64,000 nucleotides of DNA from Bacteroidota bacterium (GTDB lineage Bacteria; Bacteroidota; Bacteroidia; Chitinophagales; Chitinophagaceae), in NCBI GenBank assembly GCA_023417815.1, contig JAEZEI010000006.1:7352-71351 (forward strand), written 5' to 3'. This document shows positions 49,691 through 59,011 of this stretch, in pieces; within the stretch, counting starts at the first letter, position 1; each line of letters begins with the position of its first letter. The notes under the pieces are model-generated. The model had not been told where the DNA came from. It worked only from the letters and a program-made list of their open reading frames with translations, and did not search any database. Made by a program: the position numbers and the translations under genes.

Positions 49691-50209
49691 ATGAGGGGCT
49701 CAAAAAAAGTAAGTGAGAGTTTTACTATAATGAATGAACTGGTTCTTCCTAACGATACCAATGTATTCGGTAACCTGATGGGCGGGAGGCTTATGTACTG
49801 GATGGATATTGCTGCCGGAATGACTGCCAGTAAACATTGCAATGCTCCAAGCATGACTGCATCAGTAGATAACCTTTCATTCAAAACACCCATAAAACTG
49901 GGTAACATCGTGCATATCCAGGCAAAAGTGAGCAGGGCTTTCAACACCAGCATGGAGATCCACTTAAAGGTTTGGGGAGAAGATACCCAGCAGCAATACC
50001 GGTATGAAAGTAATGAGGCTTATTTCACCTTCGTGGCGCTGGACCCTAACGGCAAACCCAGGCCAGTGCCTGAACTGGTTCCGGAAACGGATGATGAAAA
50101 ACTGGTATTTGCCGGAGCTTTAAGAAGAAGGCAATTAAGGCTCATCCTTGCGGGAAAAATGAAACCCGATGATGCAGAAGAGCTAAAAGCATTGTTCACT
50201 CTTCCATAA
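49691..50209 (+). CDS. Acyl-CoA thioesterase (hotdog fold)
   Basis: PNDTN..GNLMGG, TASVD, TSME, FTFVALD; TATCTTTG at 49671-49678. Confidence 0.92.
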   Translation: MRGSKKVSESFTIMNELVLPNDTNVFGNLMGGRLMYWMDIAAGMTASKHCNAPSMTASVDNLSFKTPIKLGNIVHIQAKVSRAFNTSMEIHLKVWGEDTQQQYRYESNEAYFTFVALDPNGKPRPVPELVPETDDEKLVFAGALRRRQLRLILAGKMKPDDAEELKALFTLP

Positions 50210-50246
50210 ATAAGGCTTGAATTTTGGAATGCTTACTAAAAAAGAC

Positions 50247-50477
50247 ATGAAAAAGATTTTTTCATTTGTAATTGTGATCTCCTTTCTTTCCTGCGGGGAT
50301 ACAGGGAATACAAATAACGGCAGTGCAGATTCCATTGAACTTGAAAATCCTGCAGAAATTCAGCCCCCGGCTGATGCCATTCCGGATTCGATGAGTATTA
50401 TAAATGATTCGGTGATACTGCCTGATCCTTCAGGGAGGAGCACTACTACCGAGGGCACCAGGCATGATTCCCTCTGA
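50247..50477 (+). CDS. Small lipoprotein
   Basis: MKKIF...FLSC lipobox followed by an acidic low-complexity tail. Confidence 0.6.
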   Translation: MKKIFSFVIVISFLSCGDTGNTNNGSADSIELENPAEIQPPADAIPDSMSIINDSVILPDPSGRSTTTEGTRHDSL

Positions 50478-51260
50478 TCATTTATCGAGTTTGCTGAGAA
50501 GATGATGCCTGCTTTTAAGCATGTGGGACCGGCTTTGTTCAATAGCGACCATCACCTGTTCCAGGATCTCTTCCGTGGAACTTTCGTAATTAATTTCCAG
50601 GGGAGCTTTGAACCGAACGGAAAGCGTGACCCCTTTCTTTTTAAATACAAGTCCTTTTTTATTGAATGCCCGCCAGAAGCCATTAATTACTACCGGAACA
50701 ACAACCGGCCTGTTATGCTTTATTATAAAAGCGGTTCCTTTTCTGCCTGGCGCGAATGGCTTTGTTGTGCCCTGCGGAAAGGTGATAATCCAGTTATGCT
50801 GAAGCGCATTTGTGATCTTCCGGGTGTCCCCAGGATCTAATCCCCTTCTTACTTCCGTGCCTTCCGCCCTCCAGGTACGTTTTACCGTAATTGCACCGGC
50901 CAATGCAAAAAGGCGGGATATCCACGTGCTTTTCATGGTTTCCTCTGCCGCCACATATTTTACCCGGGTAAAGGGATTCAATAAATAGAAAGGGATCCCC
51001 AGGCGATTCTTTCTTCTCCATTTATGGGCACAAAATATATGAAGGAAGGTTATTACATCAGCAAAGTAGGTCTGGTGATTGCTTACAAACAGCACATTAT
51101 TGCGGGGAAGGTTTTCAAGGTGCTCCATTCCGGAGATTTTCAGGCGGTTAATGATATTCAGCCCGGGATAGGTTATTACACCGACTATTGTGTATATCAC
51201 AGACTTCACAAACCGCGACTTTCCCAACTTTTTCAGCAGATTCCGCTCTTTCATTGCCAA
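50478..51260 (-). CDS. Lysophospholipid acyltransferase (PlsC family)
   Basis: NHQTYFAD, FPQGT, GTAF. Confidence 0.9.
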   Translation of the reverse strand: MAMKERNLLKKLGKSRFVKSVIYTIVGVITYPGLNIINRLKISGMEHLENLPRNNVLFVSNHQTYFADVITFLHIFCAHKWRRKNRLGIPFYLLNPFTRVKYVAAEETMKSTWISRLFALAGAITVKRTWRAEGTEVRRGLDPGDTRKITNALQHNWIITFPQGTTKPFAPGRKGTAFIIKHNRPVVVPVVINGFWRAFNKKGLVFKKKGVTLSVRFKAPLEINYESSTEEILEQVMVAIEQSRSHMLKSRHHLLSKLDK

Positions 51261-51487
51261 TATGAATACCCTGGAATTAAAGTCTATTAAAATTATTTAA
51301 TGTCCGGGAATTCTCACTTATAAAACCTCCAAATGTATAAATTAATCGAACGAAGTTGTTTAGATGTCATTTTTGAGATAAAAATCGCTGCTATCTCTCT
51401 GAAGTAGTTGAAATAAAAAATTTTATCTACTGTTAAATGAAAGCTATATTTGGAAACAATTTTTGTTAATTTTTAAAATTTTAATTC

Positions 51488-51706
51488 ATGAAGAAAATCT
51501 TACTCATGCTTATGGGTGGTATTTTTTGCTCCACCCTTGCGTTAGCACAGGGTCCGACCAAAGCGTCTAAGAAGAAGGAAGTCAAGGCTACCTACACTAC
51601 ACAGGCGGAAGAGGTTGCGGCTAAGCAAAAATCGCGTAAAGCCAATGTTCCAAAACAGGAAGTAACATTTTCCAGGGAACCTGTTACTCCGCGGAAATCA
51701 AATTAA
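51488..51706 (+). CDS. Small secreted Lys-rich protein
   Basis: Signal peptide ending ALA-Q; TATATTTG at 51445-51452; stop 45 nt before the next ATG. Confidence 0.65.
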   Translation: MKKILLMLMGGIFCSTLALAQGPTKASKKKEVKATYTTQAEEVAAKQKSRKANVPKQEVTFSREPVTPRKSN

Positions 51707-51751
51707 TTAGACCTCCCCTCCCTTAGGAAGAGGTATTTAAATCAAAACAAT

Positions 51752-54700
51752 ATGCATAAAAATTTTACTTTTAAAAAAGTTACTGGTTTTGTTGCAATGC
51801 TTTTCACCATGCTTTTCCTTACAATTGGTGGAATAAATGCCCAAACCATTTCAACTGCCGGCGGGTCAAACTACCTGGGTAATCTTTCAATTAATAACCC
51901 GAGCCCGTTAAACGTATCGTTTGTTATTCAGAATACTACAGGAGCATCTATCGCACTTACAGATGTAAGTACGATGATGGCCCCATTCACGGGGGTATCA
52001 GTTGCGGGCGACCCTTCTGTTACAAAACTGTTTGTTAGCTCAACATCTTTATCTGGTATTTATGATTATTCAACAGCTGCGTGGACACAGATTGCCTCAG
52101 GCAATGCTACTGTTCCTGCAACCCTTTCTGTTGTTCCTGTAATTACCGGTATAAATTATATTATACCTGCAGGCGCACAATTGAGATTTGTACTTGAATT
52201 ATCTAAAGGTCTGAGGATTTCTTCAAACCTGATCGGAGATCCTATGCCAACGCCAAACGTTTTCTCAGACGGTGGTGTTAACCTTCAGCTGGGAAATTTC
52301 CAGATAGCCGGACAGAATGTAGGATATGGTGGAGTTGCTCCAACCGCACCAGCTGCTAACACTCCTATCTTCTTTGGTGGTTCAATCACATTTGCAAATA
52401 CAACTGCATGTACAGGTACTCCAAACCCTGGAAACACTGTTTCATCTTCTGCAAGCGTTTGCCCTAATACTCCGTTTACACTATCTCCGCAAAATCCAAC
52501 TTCAGGATCGGGTGTAACATATCAGTGGCAGTCTTCATCAACAGGTGCTGCTGGTTCTTTCACCAACATTGCAGGTGCTACAGGTAGTTCACTAACAGTT
52601 CCAAACCTTACAACTGCTACCTGGTACCAGGTTATAGTTACGTGTGGAGGCAACAGTGATACATCTAACCCTGTTCAGGTAAATGCTACTCCGTCTTCAG
52701 GATGCTACTGTCTTCCACCGGCATCTGATTGTACCGATGGTGATGTTATCACTAATGTTACTTTTGGAACTCTTAATAACAACTCCGCTTGCGGAACTAA
52801 TGGTTATACAAACTACACTATCGATCCTACTGTAACTGTACCAAACGTAATCACCGGCGCTACCAACCCGATCTCTATTACTGCGGGTACAGGTTTGTAC
52901 ACTGAAAGCGTTGGTGTTTGGATCGATTACAATAAGAATGGTACATTCGAAGCATCAGAATTTACACTGATCGGCACACAGGCTAATCCAACTGTCAGGA
53001 CAGGTAACATCGTTGTTCCTGCTTCTGCCCAACTTGGTCAAACCCGTATGAGGGTTAGAGTACAATTCTCTTCTGCTATTACTGGAACTGGTGCTTGTAC
53101 GGCTTCTTATATTGGCTTCGGAGAAACTGAAGACTATACAGTTAACCTGGTTCCTTGCGTGCAGGGAGTTATCAATACTCAGCCGGCTAACGCTTCTGTT
53201 GCCTGCGGTGGAACTGCAACGTTCACTGTAGCTGCTACCGGTTCAATCCTTAACTACCAGTGGGAATACCGTACCAGCGCAACTGCACCATGGCAGCTTG
53301 TAACAAATGGCGGAGCATACACCGGTGCTACTACAAACTCACTGACTGTTAATCCAACAGCAGATATGACCGGCTACCAATACAGGGTAATTATAGCAGG
53401 TGCTTGTACAGCTCCTGATTTTAGCAATGCAGCTACTCTTACTGTTACTCCGTACATCGCTAACGTAAACCCCACTTCAGCTACTGTTTGTCTTGGTGAT
53501 GTTCAACAATTAAGCATAACCAATACACTTGGTAACGTAATTACTCTTTCTGAAGGTTTCGATGTGGTGTCTCCACTGCCTACAGGATGGTTTACCAGGA
53601 ATAATAGTGAGCCTCTGGGCCCGACAGGCTGGTTCCAGGGAGATCCTGCTACTTTCCCTGCATTCTCAGGTGCACCAAACTCTTATATAGGAGCAAACTA
53701 TGAGAATACGGATCCAGTAGGTGTTGGTACTATCAGCAACTGGTTACTGACACCTGTTCAGAATCTGAAGAACGGTGACCTGGTTACTTTCTACTCAAGG
53801 ATCCCTCCGGGAACAGAGTGGGCAGACAGGCTGGAGGTAAGGCTGAGCACTGCAGGTGCAAGCACCAACGTTGGTACAACTTCGACTTCCGTTGGAGACT
53901 TTACCACAGTACTTCTTTCAATTAACCCTACTCTAACCCTGAACGTTTATCCTAAAGTATGGACGCAGTTCACTGCTACCATTTCAGGACTGGCTGCACC
54001 CACAACCGGTAGGATCGGCTTCAGGTATTTTGTTACAGATGCGGGCGGTAACGCTACCAACTCTAACTTTATCGGTATCGATGATGTGAAATACATTTCT
54101 ACGGGCGCGTTAGCTAGCGGTGTGTGGAATGGCCCTGCAGGAACCATCTTTACAGATGCAACTGCAACCACTGCTTATACTGCTGGTACTCCTGCTAATA
54201 CCGTTTATGTACAGCCGACAGCAGCTGGTCTTAATAACTATACCGTTGTGGTAACAACTGCAACTTGTACATCAAGTACCACTACTGTTCCTGTTACAGC
54301 AAATACTTCAGTAACAAACCTTGCTGACCCTGTTGTTACAGCAACCTGTGTAGGCGGTAACGTTCAGTTCACCACAACTGCAGATGGAACTGGCATTACG
54401 TACCAATGGCAGGTAAGTGAAGATGCAGGTGCTACGTGGACCAACATTGTAAACAGCGATGTTTATGAGGGTGCGACTACTAATACACTTGACATCATCG
54501 AAGCTGGTTCTGACCTGAATGGTAACCTTTACCGTGTAGTGGCTTCAGTTGCTGCGTGCAGCTCTACTGCTACTTCAAATGGTGTTGCTCTTACAGTTAA
54601 TCCTAACCCGGTTATCGTTCTTAGCTCAAATCCATTCTCGCAACTTACTCCAGGCATGACCACTGTTATCAGCGCTGCGGTTTCTCCTAACGCTGGCGAC

Positions 54701-55120
54701 ATCTACACCTGGACCCTGAACGGTCTTCCTATCGTTGGTGCAACCGGAAATACACTTCCTGTTGACGTTGACGGGCAAGGAGTTTACGAAGTGACCGTAC
54801 AGGATGTGAATGGTTGCTCAAGCACATCAAGCACAATCACTATCGGAGATCTTCCTTCTGATAATGTATTCGTCTATCCTTCGCCAAATACCGGTCAATT
54901 CCAGGTAAGGTATCACAGCCTGCCAGGAAACGTTCTGCCTCGTATGCTGAACATCTATGACTCTAAAGGTGCCAGGATCTACTCCGTGCAGTACCCGATC
55001 AACAACCCTTACACTCGTATGGATGTTGACATTACCAAGCATGGTAAAGGCGTTTACATGATCGAACTAACCGATCGCAATGGTGCACGTCTTAAAACTT
55101 CAAGAGTGGTAGTACTTTAA
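51752..55120 (+). CDS. T9SS surface protein A: unique tip, GEVED, Ig-like, choice-of-anchor J/cleaved-adhesin domain, CTD
   Basis: Signal peptide; VWIDYN...RMRVR...GETEDY; LSEGFD...NWL.TP...IGIDDV; CTD VYPSP...GVYMIEL. Confidence 0.88.
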   Translation: MHKNFTFKKVTGFVAMLFTMLFLTIGGINAQTISTAGGSNYLGNLSINNPSPLNVSFVIQNTTGASIALTDVSTMMAPFTGVSVAGDPSVTKLFVSSTSLSGIYDYSTAAWTQIASGNATVPATLSVVPVITGINYIIPAGAQLRFVLELSKGLRISSNLIGDPMPTPNVFSDGGVNLQLGNFQIAGQNVGYGGVAPTAPAANTPIFFGGSITFANTTACTGTPNPGNTVSSSASVCPNTPFTLSPQNPTSGSGVTYQWQSSSTGAAGSFTNIAGATGSSLTVPNLTTATWYQVIVTCGGNSDTSNPVQVNATPSSGCYCLPPASDCTDGDVITNVTFGTLNNNSACGTNGYTNYTIDPTVTVPNVITGATNPISITAGTGLYTESVGVWIDYNKNGTFEASEFTLIGTQANPTVRTGNIVVPASAQLGQTRMRVRVQFSSAITGTGACTASYIGFGETEDYTVNLVPCVQGVINTQPANASVACGGTATFTVAATGSILNYQWEYRTSATAPWQLVTNGGAYTGATTNSLTVNPTADMTGYQYRVIIAGACTAPDFSNAATLTVTPYIANVNPTSATVCLGDVQQLSITNTLGNVITLSEGFDVVSPLPTGWFTRNNSEPLGPTGWFQGDPATFPAFSGAPNSYIGANYENTDPVGVGTISNWLLTPVQNLKNGDLVTFYSRIPPGTEWADRLEVRLSTAGASTNVGTTSTSVGDFTTVLLSINPTLTLNVYPKVWTQFTATISGLAAPTTGRIGFRYFVTDAGGNATNSNFIGIDDVKYISTGALASGVWNGPAGTIFTDATATTAYTAGTPANTVYVQPTAAGLNNYTVVVTTATCTSSTTTVPVTANTSVTNLADPVVTATCVGGNVQFTTTADGTGITYQWQVSEDAGATWTNIVNSDVYEGATTNTLDIIEAGSDLNGNLYRVVASVAACSSTATSNGVALTVNPNPVIVLSSNPFSQLTPGMTTVISAAVSPNAGDIYTWTLNGLPIVGATGNTLPVDVDGQGVYEVTVQDVNGCSSTSSTITIGDLPSDNVFVYPSPNTGQFQVRYHSLPGNVLPRMLNIYDSKGARIYSVQYPINNPYTRMDVDITKHGKGVYMIELTDRNGARLKTSRVVVL

Positions 55121-55141
55121 TATTACTTTCTCTTTAATACT

Positions 55142-55172
55142 GGAACGCTCCCAATCGGGAGCGTTTCTATTT
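55142..55172 (+). terminator. Intrinsic terminator
   Basis: GAACGCTCCC-AATC-GGGAGCGTTT followed by a T-rich tail. Confidence 0.75.
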
Positions 55173-55339
55173 ATATATGAGGGGAAAACAGAAGTATTAT
55201 TAATTTCCTATAATCTTGTGTGCCTGAAAATGAATAATGAATTGTTTTTCGATAATTTATTCAGCTTTTTTTGCATATCTTAAAGAAATACTAATTAAAT
55301 TCACGGCCATTCTTTCCATTTAATAATCAGAAGACACTT

Positions 55340-58300
55340 ATGAGAAAATTTTACTTTTCCTTGTTTTCGCTGTTATTGTTGATTACGACCACGCTGAATG
55401 CGCAGGTAAGTAATTATACTTTCAGCCAGGTGGCGGGTACCTATACCCCCATCACCGGTGGAACCTTGTTGGGAACTACCTCATCAGACGACCAGTATTT
55501 TGTTAACCCCGCAGTACCTGCAGGAGGAACAACCAATACTGGTGTTGGATTACCGATCGGTTTTAATTTTACGTACAATAACCTTGTGTTCGACAGGTTT
55601 GGCGTAAATAACAATGGCTGGATCGCACTGGGGCAATCTGCGCTTGCTACCCCACTGAGCATGGCAACTACAAGTGCTTACACTGTTCTTAGTTCAACAG
55701 CAACCAATACACCGGCGCATCTACGCAGCAGGATAGCAGGTATGGGACGCGATCTCCAGGCACAAACAGGTTCAAGCCTTCGCTACGAAACAATCGGAAC
55801 TGCTCCCAACCGTGTTCTTGTGGTTCAATTCACGAACTATAAAAAATATGGAACCGGTGGAACAGGAGATAACCTGAATTTCCAGATCAGGCTTTACGAA
55901 ACTACCAACATTGTTGAGATCGTTTACGGTACCATTGTATTCAATTCAACTACAAACACTGCCGATGTAGGTCTGGGTGGTACCCTTCCTACTGATTTCA
56001 ATAACCGCACTACCACTACCGACTGGATGAACAGCGCCGCTGGTACTACGAACACCAGCCGGATGACCATGCACAGTTCGGTAACTCCACCTGCAACAGG
56101 CACTACCTTCAGGTGGACTCCGCCAACTCCTTGCAGTGGCACTCCTGATCCCGGTAATACACTTGCGAATGTAACCATTGCATGCTCGGGTGTTAACTTC
56201 ACTCTTTCTGTTCAGAATAATCCTGCAGTGAGCGGACTTAGCTTCCAGTGGCAGTCTTCAACAGATGGTACAACATGGACAAATATTGCAGGAGCGACTA
56301 CCCCGACCCTTACAACTTCCCAGACCGCAGCTACATGGTACCGCCTGGCAGTTACATGTTCCGGAGTTACAGGAAACAGTGAGCCCCTGCAGTTGAACAT
56401 GGATATTCCAACGAATTGTTATTGCATACCCCCGGCAACAAATTGTACCATTGGTGATGAGATCACTAACGTTACCGTAAGTACGCTGAACAATACCACA
56501 ACCTGCGGTACAGATGGATACACTAATTATACTGCAACTATTCCTGCCACTGAACTTACCATTGGTGTAACCCACCCAATGTCAGTTACTGTCAGCGATG
56601 GCGGAACAGAATATGTTGGAGTATGGATCGACTATGACCGTGATGGTGTTTTTGAAGCTTCAGAATTTACCGCGCTTGGCAGCGGGAATGATGTTACCAT
56701 TAATGGCAACCTTACCATTCCTGCAAGTGCAACACCAGGACCTACCCGCATGCGTGTCAGGGTTCGCTGGAATACTGCGTTAACAGGTGCAGATGCATGC
56801 GCTGCATACACTTATGGAGAAACAGAAGATTACCTTGTGAATATTGCTCCGTGTATCCAGGGAACGATCTCTACCCAACCTGCTAATACATCGGTTGCCT
56901 GCGGAGGAACAACCACCTTCACGGTTGCTGCAGCAGGTTCGGGATTGGAATACCAGTGGGAATATCGCACCGGCGCAACAGCTCCTTGGCAGCTTGTTAA
57001 TGATGGAGGCGTATATTCAGGCGCTACCACCAATACACTAAGCATTACCGGAGCAACTACTTCACTGAACGGATACCAATATCGCGCACTTATCGAAGGT
57101 GGATGTACTGCGCTCTTTGGCAGTAACGCTGCAACCCTGTCTGTTTCAGCTTATATAGCTACAGTTTCCCCTGTATCAGCAACAATTTGCACAGGAGGTA
57201 TTCAGCAACTAAGCATTACCAACACATTAGGAAACCTAACCACTCTTTCGGAAGGATTTGATGTTGCCGAACCTCTTCCTGCGGGATGGGTAGCTCAAAA
57301 TAACAGTCAGCCTGTAGGAACTACCGGATGGTTCCAGGGCCAGTCTGCAACCTTCCCTTCATTCTCAGGTGCACCAGATTCTTATATTGCAGCAAACTAC
57401 CAGAACACAGACCCTGTTGGTGTGGGAACCATCAGCAACTGGCTGATGACTCCGGTGCAGAATATCAAGAATGGTGATATCGTTACATTCTACTCAAGGA
57501 TCCCTGCCGGTGCAGAATGGGCAGACAGGCTAGAAGTAAGGCTCAGCACAGCAGGCACCAGCACTAATGTTGGCGCTACTTCAACTTCCGTTGGTGATTT
57601 CACCACGGTGCTGTTAACCATTAACCCAACCCTAACGTTGAATGTATATCCTAAAGTGTGGACGCAGTTCACAGCAACCATTTCAGGACTGGCCGCACCT
57701 ACTACGGGAAGGATCGCTTTCAGGTATTTCGTAACAAGTGCCGGTGGAGGTGGAACCAATTCCAATTTCATTGGTATAGATGATGTTCGTTATATTTCAA
57801 CCGGCGCACTGGCTTCAGGCGTTTGGAGCGGACCTGCAGGAACAATGTTCACCGATGCAGGAGCAACAACAGCATACGATGGCACTTCTGCAGTGAACAC
57901 CATTTATGTTCAGCCAACTGCTGCAGGCGTTAATAATTACTCAGTGATCGTGACCACCGCTGCATGCGTATCCGGTCCTACAACTGTACCGGTAACAGTA
58001 AATACTGCTGTAACCAACCTGTCTGACCCTGTAGCTACTTCTACCTGCGAAGATGGAAGCGCAGATTTTTCAGTAACGGCTGATGGAACCGGTATTACCT
58101 ATCAATGGCAGGTTAGTGAAGACGGGGGAACCACCTGGTCGAACCTGGCAAATGGTGGAAATTATTCTGGTGCAACATCCGCTACACTGAATATCGATGA
58201 AGCATCAGCCGGGATCAGCGGCAACCAATACAGGGTGATAGCTTCTGTAGCTGCATGCAGCAGCAGCGTAACATCAGCAGGTGCGGTTCTAACCGTTAAT

Positions 58301-58819
58301 CCGCAGCCTTCTGTGAATATATCGGCAGCGCCATACACAAGCGTGCTTCCGGGTATGACCACTACACTAACAGCGAATGTTTCGCCAAATGCAGGTGATA
58401 TTTATAGCTGGACATTCAATGGACTGCCACTTACTTCAGCACCAGGCAACTCAGTTCCTGTGACCGTGGATGGCATCGGAGAATATACAGTTACTGTTCA
58501 GGATGTGAACGGATGCGTGGCTTCCTCCCAGTCGTTCCGCGTTTCAGATTCTGCAAGTACCAGGATGTTTGTGTATCCATCTCCAAACACTGGACAATTC
58601 CAGGTTCGTTTCTACAGCGCTGCCGGAAATTCTCTTCCGCGCATGCTGAACATATATGATTCGAAAGGTGCAAGGATCTATACCGCCACCTACCCGATCA
58701 ATACTCCGTACCAGTCAATGCAGGTAGATATCAGCAAACATGGCAAGGGCGTTTATATGATCGAACTTACGGACAGAACAGGGGTTCGCCTGAAAACGGA
58801 CCGCGTAGTGGTTCTGTAA
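55340..58819 (+). CDS. T9SS surface protein B, paralog with a different tip domain
   Basis: N-terminal YTFSQ..GTYTPITGG...FQIRLYE domain, then the same stalk and CTD as protein A. Confidence 0.88.
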   Translation: MRKFYFSLFSLLLLITTTLNAQVSNYTFSQVAGTYTPITGGTLLGTTSSDDQYFVNPAVPAGGTTNTGVGLPIGFNFTYNNLVFDRFGVNNNGWIALGQSALATPLSMATTSAYTVLSSTATNTPAHLRSRIAGMGRDLQAQTGSSLRYETIGTAPNRVLVVQFTNYKKYGTGGTGDNLNFQIRLYETTNIVEIVYGTIVFNSTTNTADVGLGGTLPTDFNNRTTTTDWMNSAAGTTNTSRMTMHSSVTPPATGTTFRWTPPTPCSGTPDPGNTLANVTIACSGVNFTLSVQNNPAVSGLSFQWQSSTDGTTWTNIAGATTPTLTTSQTAATWYRLAVTCSGVTGNSEPLQLNMDIPTNCYCIPPATNCTIGDEITNVTVSTLNNTTTCGTDGYTNYTATIPATELTIGVTHPMSVTVSDGGTEYVGVWIDYDRDGVFEASEFTALGSGNDVTINGNLTIPASATPGPTRMRVRVRWNTALTGADACAAYTYGETEDYLVNIAPCIQGTISTQPANTSVACGGTTTFTVAAAGSGLEYQWEYRTGATAPWQLVNDGGVYSGATTNTLSITGATTSLNGYQYRALIEGGCTALFGSNAATLSVSAYIATVSPVSATICTGGIQQLSITNTLGNLTTLSEGFDVAEPLPAGWVAQNNSQPVGTTGWFQGQSATFPSFSGAPDSYIAANYQNTDPVGVGTISNWLMTPVQNIKNGDIVTFYSRIPAGAEWADRLEVRLSTAGTSTNVGATSTSVGDFTTVLLTINPTLTLNVYPKVWTQFTATISGLAAPTTGRIAFRYFVTSAGGGGTNSNFIGIDDVRYISTGALASGVWSGPAGTMFTDAGATTAYDGTSAVNTIYVQPTAAGVNNYSVIVTTAACVSGPTTVPVTVNTAVTNLSDPVATSTCEDGSADFSVTADGTGITYQWQVSEDGGTTWSNLANGGNYSGATSATLNIDEASAGISGNQYRVIASVAACSSSVTSAGAVLTVNPQPSVNISAAPYTSVLPGMTTTLTANVSPNAGDIYSWTFNGLPLTSAPGNSVPVTVDGIGEYTVTVQDVNGCVASSQSFRVSDSASTRMFVYPSPNTGQFQVRFYSAAGNSLPRMLNIYDSKGARIYTATYPINTPYQSMQVDISKHGKGVYMIELTDRTGVRLKTDRVVVL

Positions 58820-58842
58820 GAGCTCATCAATTGTAATACACT

Positions 58843-58877
58843 GGATCCCTGCTTTTGAGCAGGGATCTTTTTTTTTT
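58843..58877 (+). terminator. Intrinsic terminator
   Basis: GGATCCCTGCT-TTTG-AGCAGGGATCT followed by a long T tract. Confidence 0.88.
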
Positions 58878-59011
58878 GCACATAGGGAGGAATAAAAAAG
58901 GTGTACCCCTGTTAAAAAACAGTGAAAAAAACTTGCAAAAAAGCTATAATATCATCATATTGTAAATATCGGGCTCTCCCGGTATCTATTCTATCACCTA
59001 AATTTTTTATC

